From: an uncultured Planctomycetota bacterium | GTDB taxonomy: Bacteria > Planctomycetota > PUPC01 | DNA length: 64,000 bases | Assembly: GCA_964385685.1 (NCBI GenBank) | Contig: CAYLQD010000004.1 | Coordinates: 29,397-93,396, forward strand | Direction of reading: 5' to 3' | Part shown: one piece after another, positions 1-8,903 of the stretch | Layout of the letters: each line of letters opens with the position of its first letter | How positions within the stretch are numbered: the stretch's first letter is position 1 | The notes under the pieces: generated by a model | Database searches by the model: none | What the model saw: only the letters and a program-made list of their open reading frames with translations | Told to the model about the DNA's origin: nothing | Program-made: the position numbers and the translations under genes

Positions 1-283
1 TGGAATGTCTGTGCCGCCGCGCGCCGGGATCGCGGGGCCCGCGGACCGCATGCCGACGTCGTCGCGATAGAGCGTGATGTCCATCGTGCCGAGCGGCGCG
101 TCCATATCTTCCGCGTCGTTGATGGCCGCTGCGATGCGCTGTGCGATGAAAACCCCTTGGGTGTGAACGCCGACAATAACGAGATCTTCGGCGCCGCCGT
201 TGAATTCGACGACCTGCTGGGCGATCCGCCGGATCGCTCGCTGGATGTCGTCCGCGTCGAGGATCGCTTTCGGTTCCGCCATT
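1..283 (-). CDS. pyrR: PyrR bifunctional pyrimidine operon regulator/uracil phosphoribosyltransferase (N-terminal part; gene continues past window start)
   Basis: Reverse-complement translation from ATG at 283 gives MAEPKAILDADDIQRAIRRIAQQVVEFNGGAEDLVIVGVHTQGVFIAQRIAAAI...DITLYRDD, matching the conserved PyrR N-terminus (…ILxxxxIxRxxxRIAHEIxExN…LVGIxTRGxxLAxRL…ITLYRDDL). Not in the ORF track because it is truncated by the window edge. Confidence 0.75.
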
Positions 284-347
284 AGCGCGTCACCTTATCA
301 GATCACTTGGCGCGTTGCAAGCGGTTTCAGGCCGATCGCGACCGCGG

Positions 348-1466
348 TCAGCGCCGGTCAATTGTGACCTGCCGCCGGTGCAGTGTCTTGCCGCGGACGA
401 AGGTCACGGTGACCGTCGTCCCGGGCTCGGTCGTCAGGACGGCTCGTGCGAGCGTTCGCGCCCGGTCGATCTCGAGAGCCCCGTAACGCACGATGACGTC
501 GCCGGGCTCCAGCCCCGCGTTCGCCGCAGGCGAGAACAGCGCGGCTCGCGGCGGTGAGAACTCCCAGATGCACGCTCCGGTCTTTGCCTCGAGGGCGAAC
601 TTCTTCGCGGCTCGCGCTGTCACATCCTTGATGTGCACGCCGAGGAAGCCCCGCGTTACCTTCCCGTGTTTCTTGAGCTGGCCGAGACCCTCCTCGACCG
701 AGTCGATGGGAACGGAGAACGTGACGCCGCCGGCGGGTTGGAACGCGCCGCCGATCATCGCCGTCGTGATGCCGATGACCTCGCCGCGCCCGTTGAAAAG
801 CGGCCCGCCGCTCGACCCCTGGCCGATCGTGAGGTCGGTCTGGATGTAGTCCTGAAACGGGCCGCCGAGGTCGCGGCGGTCGAGCCCGGCGACGATGCCG
901 GCGCTCACGGTCTGGTGCAGCCGCAGCGGGCTCCCGATCGCCGCGACACGGTCGCCCGCACGGAGTGTCGACGAGTCGCCCAGCGTGGCCGGCACGACCT
1001 TTTCGCCCTCCTTGAGTTCGAGTTTCAGGAGAGCGTAGTCCTCGTGCTCGTCAGATCCGATGAACTTCGCCCGGATGAGACGGCGGTCGCTCATCGTCGC
1101 CCAATACACGTTGCCCGGCTTGATGACGTGGTGGTTGGTCAGGAAGTGGCCCTTCTCATCGATGACGACCCCGCTTCCGCCGTACTTGAGCGGCCCGCCG
1201 CTCACGAGAATCAGCAGCGGATACGTCGCGAAGCTGATGACGTTGCCGGGGATTTCGAGGATCGGGAACGGCTTGAGCAGCCGCAGCGTCCGGCGCCCGA
1301 ACCCGTACGGGATCGTCTCGACCGTCGTGACCATGACGACGGACGGTGCGCACTTGTCGTAGAGGGCGTCCGGTTCGAGATCTTCGGCTGGCTCCGCGGC
1401 CAGGGCGTCGGCGGACAGCAGCAGCATCGCGAGAACGACGGCGCACATCCTCTGGTACGGTCTCAT
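348..1466 (-). CDS. HtrA/DegP-family periplasmic serine protease with C-terminal PDZ domain
   Basis: 372 aa. N-terminal signal peptide (MRPYQRMCAVVLAMLLLSADALAA). Trypsin-fold motifs HH…D…GSSGGPL and a PDZ-like C-terminus. GGAGTGAG Shine-Dalgarno ahead of ATG 1466. Its ATG overlaps the stop of the upstream gene (ATGA). Confidence 0.85.
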   Translation of the reverse strand: MRPYQRMCAVVLAMLLLSADALAAEPAEDLEPDALYDKCAPSVVMVTTVETIPYGFGRRTLRLLKPFPILEIPGNVISFATYPLLILVSGGPLKYGGSGVVIDEKGHFLTNHHVIKPGNVYWATMSDRRLIRAKFIGSDEHEDYALLKLELKEGEKVVPATLGDSSTLRAGDRVAAIGSPLRLHQTVSAGIVAGLDRRDLGGPFQDYIQTDLTIGQGSSGGPLFNGRGEVIGITTAMIGGAFQPAGGVTFSVPIDSVEEGLGQLKKHGKVTRGFLGVHIKDVTARAAKKFALEAKTGACIWEFSPPRAALFSPAANAGLEPGDVIVRYGALEIDRARTLARAVLTTEPGTTVTVTFVRGKTLHRRQVTIDRR

Positions 1467-4321
1467 TCCTTCTCACTCCGGATCAGGTCTTCCACGTGCT
1501 TGCCCAGGGCCTTGACCTTGGCCTCGGGGACAAGGAACACGGCGGGGATGCCGCCGCAGGTCGCATAGTAGTATTTCTGATCGCGGGGCGCCCTCCGTGA
1601 GCGCAGGCCCGGGCGTTCGCTTGCCTCGTCGCCAATGCGAAACCCTGTGGCGGCCTTGCCCCTGCGGCCGATGGTGACGGTCAGGCGCGGCTTCGCCAGC
1701 CCGTAATGCTCGAGCCCCTTCTGGTCGTAGCGCACGTAGCCGTCGGTGACGACCAGGCCCGCCTCGCGAACGAGACGGTCGATGGCGAGCACGTCGGGCT
1801 TGACGTCGCGGTGACTCGTGACTTCCCAGCCGGCGCCTTCCCGCTCGACGGCGACCTGCGCCCCGTCGCGATGGACGATCCGGACGTCAGTGATCTCGCT
1901 CTTGAGCACGTTGACGACGCTTCGTGTAAGAAGCTCCGCCTCGAGTCGCTTGATGTCCTCGGCCCCCATCACGAAAACGATACCGTCCTCGCGGACCGCG
2001 GCGTAGCGGCCGCCGCGCTCTTTGCCGGGGGCCGGCTCGCCAACGACGAGTGTCTTCGACACGAGGACGGTCTCCGGCTTGGCGCCCTTCGCGTCCGCGG
2101 GCGCCGGCGGCGCGGCCTTAATGATGAGAGCGATCAGATGAGCCGGCTGGACGAGACCGTACTTCGGACTCGCAGCGTCGTCTTCCGCGATCAGTTCCAC
2201 GGCGCTCAGGCCGTTGAGCATCGCGATCAGCTCTCGCACGCTCGCGAAATCTGCGGGGGCGAGCAGCGGCCGCGTCAGCAGCCACCGTCCGCCCGGTGCC
2301 TTCTGAGCGGCGTAGTCGGCGCGGCCGCCCTCGAGCCGTAGCGACTTCACGGCACGCGGCTCGAAAGAAAGCACCTTCTTTTGGCGGAAGAGAAGCGGCC
2401 CGCGTTCGGCCTTCGTCAGCACATCGGCGTCGATCTCATATACGTTCGACTCCGAAGGCAGCCGGGCGTAGCATCGACTCCCGTCACCCGTTCTTGCCCC
2501 GAGGTGAAGCATGAACGTCTTTGCATCTTGCGGTGCGGCGGCTGCGTTGAGCGTGGTCTTGATCCGCAGCACCGCCCGCGGCTTGTCGAGTCCGAATCGC
2601 GCCAGGTCCTGCGGCTTGTCGGCCGTCCACGCCCTGATCTTGAGGGCCGCGACCTGAGCCAGGAAGTTGCTCGGGGCCGCGAAGTCGAGCCGAAGCCCCT
2701 CCGGCGATGCCGCTTTCCATTGGAGTCGGCCCTGCCGGACGAGCTTGGTCGTGCGGCCGCCGGCCGTGACCTCCAGCTCGAACGCCGACCACCGGTCGAA
2801 CCCTTCGAACAGTTCGGCGCTGCGAAGGGCCGCTGGATCCGCCGTGAAGTCCTCGACCGCCTGGCTCGGCACAAGCACGACCGACGGCTCCGCTGCGTTC
2901 TTCGCGTATACCACGTCGGCGCGATCGGGCGGCGAACCGCCAATGAGAATCTCTGCGGGAGGGCGCCCCTTCTCCGTCACCGTGATGACGATCTGAGGCG
3001 AGTCGAGACCATAGGGCTTGAGGTCGCCTGGCGCCTCGGCAACGAACCCCCCCTGCGCCACTGTCAGCGTGACGACCTGTCGGACCAGGGGCACGGCGGG
3101 GGCGCCCGCGCGCCCCGTCATCGCTCCCAGCAACCGCCATCTCGACGGATCGTCCGTGCGGCGCGCGATCGTCAGCCCCGGCCGACCGCCCGTGTATGCG
3201 AACGAAACGGACTGGAGATCGGCCAGAGACACGTCGGCGACGCGGCGGTTTCTGAAGAACTCGACCGAGCTTCGGAGCGCCTTCGCGACCGCCGCCGCTC
3301 TGACGACGAGCACAGCCGCCCGCGAAGTGCTTTGAGCGTACAGGACTTCCTTCGATTCCGGCGGCGCCGTCCCAAAGCGGACGACGCGGGGAAGAGAACG
3401 GTTCGGCGACGTGAACTCGACCGTCACGCCCGGTTCGTCGAGTCCGAAAGCGGCGAGGTCCGAGGGCGCATCGGCGGCGAAGGCAGTCGGGCCCTCGGCG
3501 CGGAGCGCCAGCATGTGCTTGAGAACCCCGTTGATGAGAGCATGATTGGCCCGCGCCTTGACGGGCGCCGCGATGACCCAGCGCCCATCTCGTTTTGCGA
3601 ACTCGATCGTTCGCACGTCGTCGGCCTCGCGCACGGCGACCGTCACTCCCGTCACGGCAGACGCCGCAAGTGGCACGACCTCGTCGACCGTCTCGCTGAA
3701 CAGAAGCTGTCTTTCACGGAAGGCCGACGGGGCCCGGTCGATCAGCGGGCAGAGCGTGTCGGGAGCGATCAGCACCTCGGCCCGGCCGCCGACCCGCGCG
3801 TATCGCTGCGGGACGGTTTCTTCGCTGCCGCCGCGCTGTTCGAGCGTGTAGCGGTCGACATACTCCGGTCCGGCGTCACCGGCGACCTCCGCGACACGCG
3901 TTCCGAACGCGATCGTGAGCGTCTCCCCGTCCTCGCTGGCGACGGTCATTCGGAGCAGCGGCTTGGCGAGTTCATATTCCTCGAACCGCCGCGTCTTGTA
4001 GCCGCGCGCGGCCGTGAGCGCTGCAAGCTGCTCGAGGACTTCGCGGACCGCCGTGGCGGACGCGAGGACGTCGACGGGGCGCGTCATTCGCCACTTCCGG
4101 GCGCCGACGCGCTCGAGTACGATGCCGCCCTCCCCCGCGCCCGGGCTGTGGATCTCGATCCGCTTGATCCGCTCGGGCTCCAACTCGGGGAACAGTGTCT
4201 GCTCCGCGAACGTGCGCAGTTCATCCGTGGTCGGGGGCTCGTAGGTCGCGACGAGCGCGGCGAGCGCGCCGATGACGACGGCGAACACACAGAGCATTAT
4301 GATCGCGGGTTTGAGGCGCAT
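1463..4321 (-). CDS. DUF4340-domain protein (GldG-associated, repeated 'YGLD.P' modules)
   Basis: 952 aa. N-terminal transmembrane anchor. Recurring motifs (FGLDEP, YGLDSP, FGLDKP, YGLVQP, YGLAKP) typical of DUF4340 proteins found next to GldG-type ABC auxiliary components. Confidence 0.7.
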   Translation of the reverse strand: MRLKPAIIMLCVFAVVIGALAALVATYEPPTTDELRTFAEQTLFPELEPERIKRIEIHSPGAGEGGIVLERVGARKWRMTRPVDVLASATAVREVLEQLAALTAARGYKTRRFEEYELAKPLLRMTVASEDGETLTIAFGTRVAEVAGDAGPEYVDRYTLEQRGGSEETVPQRYARVGGRAEVLIAPDTLCPLIDRAPSAFRERQLLFSETVDEVVPLAASAVTGVTVAVREADDVRTIEFAKRDGRWVIAAPVKARANHALINGVLKHMLALRAEGPTAFAADAPSDLAAFGLDEPGVTVEFTSPNRSLPRVVRFGTAPPESKEVLYAQSTSRAAVLVVRAAAVAKALRSSVEFFRNRRVADVSLADLQSVSFAYTGGRPGLTIARRTDDPSRWRLLGAMTGRAGAPAVPLVRQVVTLTVAQGGFVAEAPGDLKPYGLDSPQIVITVTEKGRPPAEILIGGSPPDRADVVYAKNAAEPSVVLVPSQAVEDFTADPAALRSAELFEGFDRWSAFELEVTAGGRTTKLVRQGRLQWKAASPEGLRLDFAAPSNFLAQVAALKIRAWTADKPQDLARFGLDKPRAVLRIKTTLNAAAAPQDAKTFMLHLGARTGDGSRCYARLPSESNVYEIDADVLTKAERGPLLFRQKKVLSFEPRAVKSLRLEGGRADYAAQKAPGGRWLLTRPLLAPADFASVRELIAMLNGLSAVELIAEDDAASPKYGLVQPAHLIALIIKAAPPAPADAKGAKPETVLVSKTLVVGEPAPGKERGGRYAAVREDGIVFVMGAEDIKRLEAELLTRSVVNVLKSEITDVRIVHRDGAQVAVEREGAGWEVTSHRDVKPDVLAIDRLVREAGLVVTDGYVRYDQKGLEHYGLAKPRLTVTIGRRGKAATGFRIGDEASERPGLRSRRAPRDQKYYYATCGGIPAVFLVPEAKVKALGKHVEDLIRSEKE

Positions 4322-4338
4322 TCAGGTCTCCCGGATCG

Positions 4339-6390
4339 TCAATTTCGGCGCCCCAGCCAGACAACGGCGCCGGCCAGCACAAAGATAGATGGCAGCACGA
4401 AGACGGAGACGAAGCGGACCGTCCGGATCGCGGACGCGTCGGCCTTGCCGTACGCCGAACGGGCCGCTCTGGGCTGCACGGCAAGCAGTTGGGTGTTGCC
4501 CGTCAGCCACGCGAGCGTCTTGTGAGCGAACTCCTCGTTATTGGCCACCTTTCCGAAGCGAATCATCTGCGCGACGAACATGTTCGACGAGCCGACCACG
4601 ACCATGACGGGCGCCCCGGTCTGCTCGTCTTCGACTGCAACAGCCACCACGCGCCGCCGGCGTTCCTTTTGCTTCACTTCCGCCATCGGTTGGCCCGGCG
4701 GCGGCAGCGGCTGAACCCACGCGTTCGCGCTGCTCGTGAGCAGGCGGGTCGATCGGAACCCTGGAACGGATGCGGTATGAATCTCTGAGGATTCCACAGC
4801 GAGGATTGGCCGCTCCCTGAGCGCGCGGATGCTCGGGTGCAGCTCGGCCGGCGCTTCGGGGTCTGCGTGCGGCGGCCGGTATTCCTGAATGAAGTCGGCG
4901 AAGAACAGCGACGACGGCTCCGCCTGCTCGACCTCCTGGCCGAGCCGCACGGTTCGCCGGACGACCCGGTCGTCGGCCACCACGCTGTCGACGTCGACTT
5001 CGATGCCGTAGCGTCGCAACATGGCGAGCAGCGGCTCGATCTTCGGTCGGTAGTGGGCGCCGGTGGGGTCCAGCATGACCAACGCCCGGCCGCCACGCTC
5101 GAGGTACGACCGGACCACGCTGGCGTGACGCGCTGAGAACGGCGCGAGCGCCTGGGGCGGCCACGTCCGAACAATATGGGAGCACCACGGCCCCGCGATG
5201 ACGAGCACGTCGCAGTCGGCCGGGATGCCTTCGTCGGAGCCCAGGTCGTCGAGGTCGAGGGTCTTGAGCCGGAAGTACTGGCGACGGAGCCCCTCTTCCA
5301 GGAGGCGAATGCTCATAATCTCGACAAGCTGTTTGCGGACCTCGGGTTTGACGAGCGGGCTGGGCGGCCCGACCGAGTTCGGTTTCTCGCCGTGGCCGAC
5401 GACGAAATAGAGCGTGAGGGGGCGGCGCTCCGTGACGGTCGCGAGCGCCCGGTGGAAGACGGCGTCGCCCATGAAGCGGAACGCCGCGTTGGATGCGTCG
5501 GCGGCGGAAGCGGCGCTCGGCAGGCCGCCGGAGTGTGACGCGGGCGCGGCCTCGAGAAGCTCGTGTGACGGCACGGCGACGACGCGGCCCGTCTCCGCGC
5601 ATTCGAGGAAGACCGCGTTCTTCTGAAGCTTGAGTCCCCTTGCCTTGAGCCGGCGCTCCAGCGCTTTCGCCGGCTTGACGTCGCCCTCGCGGCGCAAGTC
5701 GAGGTGGTCGACTTGGATTCGGGGCGAGAGCCGCTCGTACTCGTCGAGGATGGCGGTCACCTCGCGACGCAGCACGTCGTCGGCGACGTCCTCCATGAAG
5801 AAGAGCGTGCTGATGCGGACACTCCTGTTGAGCTTGCCAAGCAGCTCGATGGTCGGTTCCGGGAGCTTGTAGCGGCCGGCCCGAGTGTAGTCGACGCGAG
5901 CGTAGTGCCGGGCGCTGAGGGAGCCGATGAGGGCGAAGCCGAGCGCGGCGAGCGGCAAGGCAACGGCATAGACCAGCACGACGGGCGCCTTCGGGCTGAG
6001 CGCTTTGCTCAGGAGCGCATCGAGGTTGAGGCCAATTCCGCCAAGCAGGAGGAGCGCTCCGAGAGCGGCGACGGTCATCTCGGGCGGCGCGAACCGGGGC
6101 CCGTCGCCGAGGAACCAGACAGCGCCCGCGGCCAGCCCGATCTCGAGGAGCCCAAGCCACGCGGCCAGCCCAGTCAGGCGGCTCGCGAGCCGCTCGCCCC
6201 CGGTGAACACGGTCAGGCCGAGCACACCCAACAGAAACAGAAGGTGGACGGCCGCGAGAATCTCGCGGGCCCACCCGGCCGACGGCTCGAAGAAGCGAAA
6301 CTGATCGGGACCCGATTGAGCCGCTCCGACGAGGTAAACGGGCGCGAGCGCCAATACGGCCGCGACGAGCAACAGGGCGAGCGCCCACAT
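4339..6390 (-). CDS. GldG-like ABC-type transport auxiliary component (membrane-anchored, large extracytoplasmic domain)
   Basis: Maximal ORF is 4339..6672, but its first 94 codons are an Arg/Ser-rich low-complexity stretch overlapping the upstream permease. ATG at 6390 (alternative GTG at 6426) gives a protein starting MWALALLLVAAVLALAPVY with N- and C-terminal transmembrane segments, consistent with GldG-family topology. Confidence 0.65.
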   Translation of the reverse strand: MWALALLLVAAVLALAPVYLVGAAQSGPDQFRFFEPSAGWAREILAAVHLLFLLGVLGLTVFTGGERLASRLTGLAAWLGLLEIGLAAGAVWFLGDGPRFAPPEMTVAALGALLLLGGIGLNLDALLSKALSPKAPVVLVYAVALPLAALGFALIGSLSARHYARVDYTRAGRYKLPEPTIELLGKLNRSVRISTLFFMEDVADDVLRREVTAILDEYERLSPRIQVDHLDLRREGDVKPAKALERRLKARGLKLQKNAVFLECAETGRVVAVPSHELLEAAPASHSGGLPSAASAADASNAAFRFMGDAVFHRALATVTERRPLTLYFVVGHGEKPNSVGPPSPLVKPEVRKQLVEIMSIRLLEEGLRRQYFRLKTLDLDDLGSDEGIPADCDVLVIAGPWCSHIVRTWPPQALAPFSARHASVVRSYLERGGRALVMLDPTGAHYRPKIEPLLAMLRRYGIEVDVDSVVADDRVVRRTVRLGQEVEQAEPSSLFFADFIQEYRPPHADPEAPAELHPSIRALRERPILAVESSEIHTASVPGFRSTRLLTSSANAWVQPLPPPGQPMAEVKQKERRRRVVAVAVEDEQTGAPVMVVVGSSNMFVAQMIRFGKVANNEEFAHKTLAWLTGNTQLLAVQPRAARSAYGKADASAIRTVRFVSVFVLPSIFVLAGAVVWLGRRN

Positions 6391-6430
6391 CACGGCGGTC
6401 GTCAGGGCAGAAGCTCGTTTGGCCACTGGC

Positions 6431-7150
6431 TTACCTCCACCGCCGCACGGCGAGAACGCCGACCGCCGCGAACAGAAAGAACGCGGTCGCGGACACGAAG
6501 TAGAGCACGTCGCGCGTGTCGATGACGCCCTTGACGAAGCTCTCGAAGTGGTCGAGCACGCCGATGTATCGGACGGCGGGCGCCCGCGCCGAACCGAACA
6601 CCCACAGCAGCGCGAGCGCGAGTGTCGTCGCGACGGTCGCGGCGATCTGGCTTCGCGCACCGGCCGAGACAAACACCCCGACCGAGATGGCCGTCATGCC
6701 AAGGAGGAGCAGACCGAAGTAGCCGGAGATCACGGGGCCTGCATCCGGCGGGGCATCGCCCGACATTACGTGCGTCATGACGGGATACGCGAGCGTCGGA
6801 ATCAGCATCAGCGCGAAGAAGCAGAACGTGCCGAGGAATTTCGACAGGACGACGGCCGTGCTCGAGACGGGCGCGGTCAGGAGCGTCTCGATCGTGCCCG
6901 TGCGGATTTCGTCGGCCAAGAGACGCATTGTGAGGAGCGGCGTCAGGCACAACACGAGTATGCCCATCACGCGGGGCAGCGCCGCGGCCGCGTCGCGCGC
7001 GAACAGGCCCGATTCGACGGAGAAGTACCGTTGGCCGAACGCGAACCAGAGCCCGAGAATCACGAGGAAGACGGTGGCGACGATATAGGCCATGGGCGAG
7101 ATGAAGAACGCGGCGAGTTCGCGGCGGACCAGTGCAGGGATCTTGCTCAT
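6431..7150 (-). CDS. ABC-2 family permease (GldF-like)
   Basis: Maximal ORF is 6431..7780, but its upstream 209 codons overlap the ATPase gene out of frame. ATG at 7150 overlaps the ATPase stop (ATGA) and yields the 240-aa polytopic membrane protein MSKIPALVRRELAAFFISPMAYIVATVFLV…. Confidence 0.7.
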   Translation of the reverse strand: MSKIPALVRRELAAFFISPMAYIVATVFLVILGLWFAFGQRYFSVESGLFARDAAAALPRVMGILVLCLTPLLTMRLLADEIRTGTIETLLTAPVSSTAVVLSKFLGTFCFFALMLIPTLAYPVMTHVMSGDAPPDAGPVISGYFGLLLLGMTAISVGVFVSAGARSQIAATVATTLALALLWVFGSARAPAVRYIGVLDHFESFVKGVIDTRDVLYFVSATAFFLFAAVGVLAVRRWR

Positions 7151-7881
7151 GTCGCCTCCCCTCCCCGCTCGCGTGTCAGGCGCACGAAGACGTCTTCGAG
7201 GCGCTCGTCGCCGTGCGACTCCTTGATCAGGTCCGCGGTCGGTGCGTCGGCGATGATGCTGCCCTCGTCGATGATGATCGTGCGGCCACAGATCATCTCG
7301 ACCTCGGGCAGGATGTGTGTGGAGAGAAGGACAGTCCGCGTCTCGCCGAGTTCGCGTATCAGTTCGCGCGCTTCGCGCACCTGGTTCGGGTCGAGCCCGA
7401 CGGTCGGCTCGTCGAGGATGAGGACTCTTGGGTCTCCGACGAGCGCGTCGGCCAGGCCGGCCCGCTGGCGGAAGCCCTTCGAGAGCTGGCCAATGAGGCG
7501 GCGGCGCACCTCGGGTAGCCCGCAGCGGTCGATGCACTCGGCGACGCGCCGCTTGCGCAGGCACGCAGGCACGCCTTTGACCCGGGCGCGGAACATCAAG
7601 TACTCGTGCACCCGCATCTCGCCGTAGAGCGGTGTGTTCTCGGGCAGATAGCCCACGAGCCGCCGGACGTCGTCGGCGCCCCAAAACACGTGATGTCCGC
7701 CAACGTAGGCGTCGCCGCTGCTTGCCGCGACAAAAGATGTCAGGATCCGCATCGTTGTCGTCTTGCCCGCGCCGTTGCATCCGACAAACCCGACGACCTC
7801 GCCGCTCGCGACCTCGAACGACGCGCGGTTGACGGCGACCGTGTCGCCATACGTCTTTGTCAGGTTCCGGACCTCAATCAC
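7147..7881 (-). CDS. ABC transporter ATP-binding protein
   Basis: Walker A GCNGAGKTT, signature LSKGFRQR, Walker B ILILDEPT. 244 aa. Confidence 0.9.
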   Translation of the reverse strand: MIEVRNLTKTYGDTVAVNRASFEVASGEVVGFVGCNGAGKTTTMRILTSFVAASSGDAYVGGHHVFWGADDVRRLVGYLPENTPLYGEMRVHEYLMFRARVKGVPACLRKRRVAECIDRCGLPEVRRRLIGQLSKGFRQRAGLADALVGDPRVLILDEPTVGLDPNQVREARELIRELGETRTVLLSTHILPEVEMICGRTIIIDEGSIIADAPTADLIKESHGDERLEDVFVRLTRERGGEAT

Positions 7882-7902
7882 GCGTGGCTCCGTCCGTCTG
7901 AT

Positions 7903-8682
7903 TCATGATTCATACGCGCGGAAATGCCGGTAGCTCGCGTCCCCGCCAAGAGCGATCAATTGGAGCACAAGCCCAAGCAGCGACAGCCCGCCGAGACCGA
8001 TGGCCAGCGCCGGCGCAACCGCCGTCCCGCCCGCGCCTACGCCGCCAACTGCGCACGCAAGCAGAATCGTTGCGATGAAAATGGTCGCGAGCGTCGGCCG
8101 CGCCCACTCACGCAGCTCCATCACCGCCTGGCACACATACCAGAGCACGAGGAAGTATCCGGCCGTGACGGTCAGGCCGAGGAGCAATTCCCCCTTGCCG
8201 ATGTCGGTGGCCCAGAGGGTCTCGGTCAGTTCGAGGAAGAGGGTTTTCGAACAGACGGCAAACATCATCAGCGCGAGCGTCGTCGCGGCAAGCGATGCGG
8301 CGAGCGCTGAGCCGCCTGCGGCGAAGAGCTTGACGCGGAGCGGGACTTCGAGAGCGACCCGCCAATCGGGCAGCGTTCGGAATCCGTGCCAGACTCGCGC
8401 CACGAACAGGGCGAGCGCCAGGCCGACCGCGGCGGCAAAGAGGCGCTCGCCCGCAAGCGGGCGTCCGGCAACGAGGTCGTTCATGGCGAAGACGAGCACG
8501 GCAAGTAAGACGAGGGCGACGAGGACTGCCGCGCCGACGATTGTCCAGCCAGCGACGCTGATGACCGTCGGCCTCGGGCCGTTGAACACGGGGCGGCATT
8601 GCGCCCGGAGTCCGGCGCGCCGGGCCTCCGGGGATTCCTCGGCCTCGGACGCAGGGGCACGATGTGTGTTCGGCCTTGGCAT
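7903..8682 (-). CDS. hypothetical polytopic membrane protein (first gene of ABC/GldG operon)
   Basis: ATG at 8682 is preceded by GGAGGAG. Multiple hydrophobic helices. No recognisable domain. Confidence 0.5.
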   Translation of the reverse strand: MPRPNTHRAPASEAEESPEARRAGLRAQCRPVFNGPRPTVISVAGWTIVGAAVLVALVLLAVLVFAMNDLVAGRPLAGERLFAAAVGLALALFVARVWHGFRTLPDWRVALEVPLRVKLFAAGGSALAASLAATTLALMMFAVCSKTLFLELTETLWATDIGKGELLLGLTVTAGYFLVLWYVCQAVMELREWARPTLATIFIATILLACAVGGVGAGGTAVAPALAIGLGGLSLLGLVLQLIALGGDASYRHFRAYES

Positions 8683-8809
8683 CTCTCCTCCGCGGGCCGA
8701 CCGGGCGAGAAAACGATGACGGCCGTCACGAGCCGTCTTCCCCACCTACATGTAGCAAATCGGTGCGGGGGGTGTCAAGCCGACTCGAGAGGCGTCACCA
8801 ACTTTGGCC

Positions 8810-8839
8810 TTGACGCTCGGCGCGTCGCCCGACTAGAAT
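8810..8839 (+). promoter_or_regulatory. sigma-70-like promoter candidate (TTGACG-N18-TAGAAT) upstream of response-regulator gene
   Basis: TTGACG at 8810-8815 and TAGAAT at 8834-8839 in the divergent intergenic region, ~65 nt upstream of the start at 8904. Confidence 0.3.
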
Positions 8840-8903
8840 GAGGAGAGGAAGGTAGCGAAGCCACATCGTCTCGAACCCCCGAGAGTCTCATCGGAGTGCT
8901 GGT

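Noticed and set aside
2381-4525. 714-aa plus-strand ORF
   Set aside because: It is antisense to the DUF4340 gene. The product is an Arg/Pro/Gly-rich low-complexity sequence typical of shadow ORFs in GC-rich DNA. The opposite-strand gene has clear family motifs.
4538-6388. 616-aa minus-strand ORF in alternate frame of the GldG-like gene
   Set aside because: It is an out-of-frame overlap with a gene that shows coherent TM topology. The product is extreme Arg/Pro low complexity.
4339-6672. Upstream in-frame extensions of real genes (4339..6672, 6431..7780, 29949..30707, 31937..32821, 47461..48873, 49365..50705, 39091..40977)
   Set aside because: The extensions overlap the preceding gene and encode Arg/Ser/Pro-rich junk. 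Internal ATG/GTG starts with Shine-Dalgarno sequences or start-stop coupling give proteins that begin at the conserved N-termini.
6419-7627. 402-aa plus-strand ORF
   Set aside because: It is antisense to the ABC permease and ATPase genes. The product is low complexity and no Shine-Dalgarno is present.
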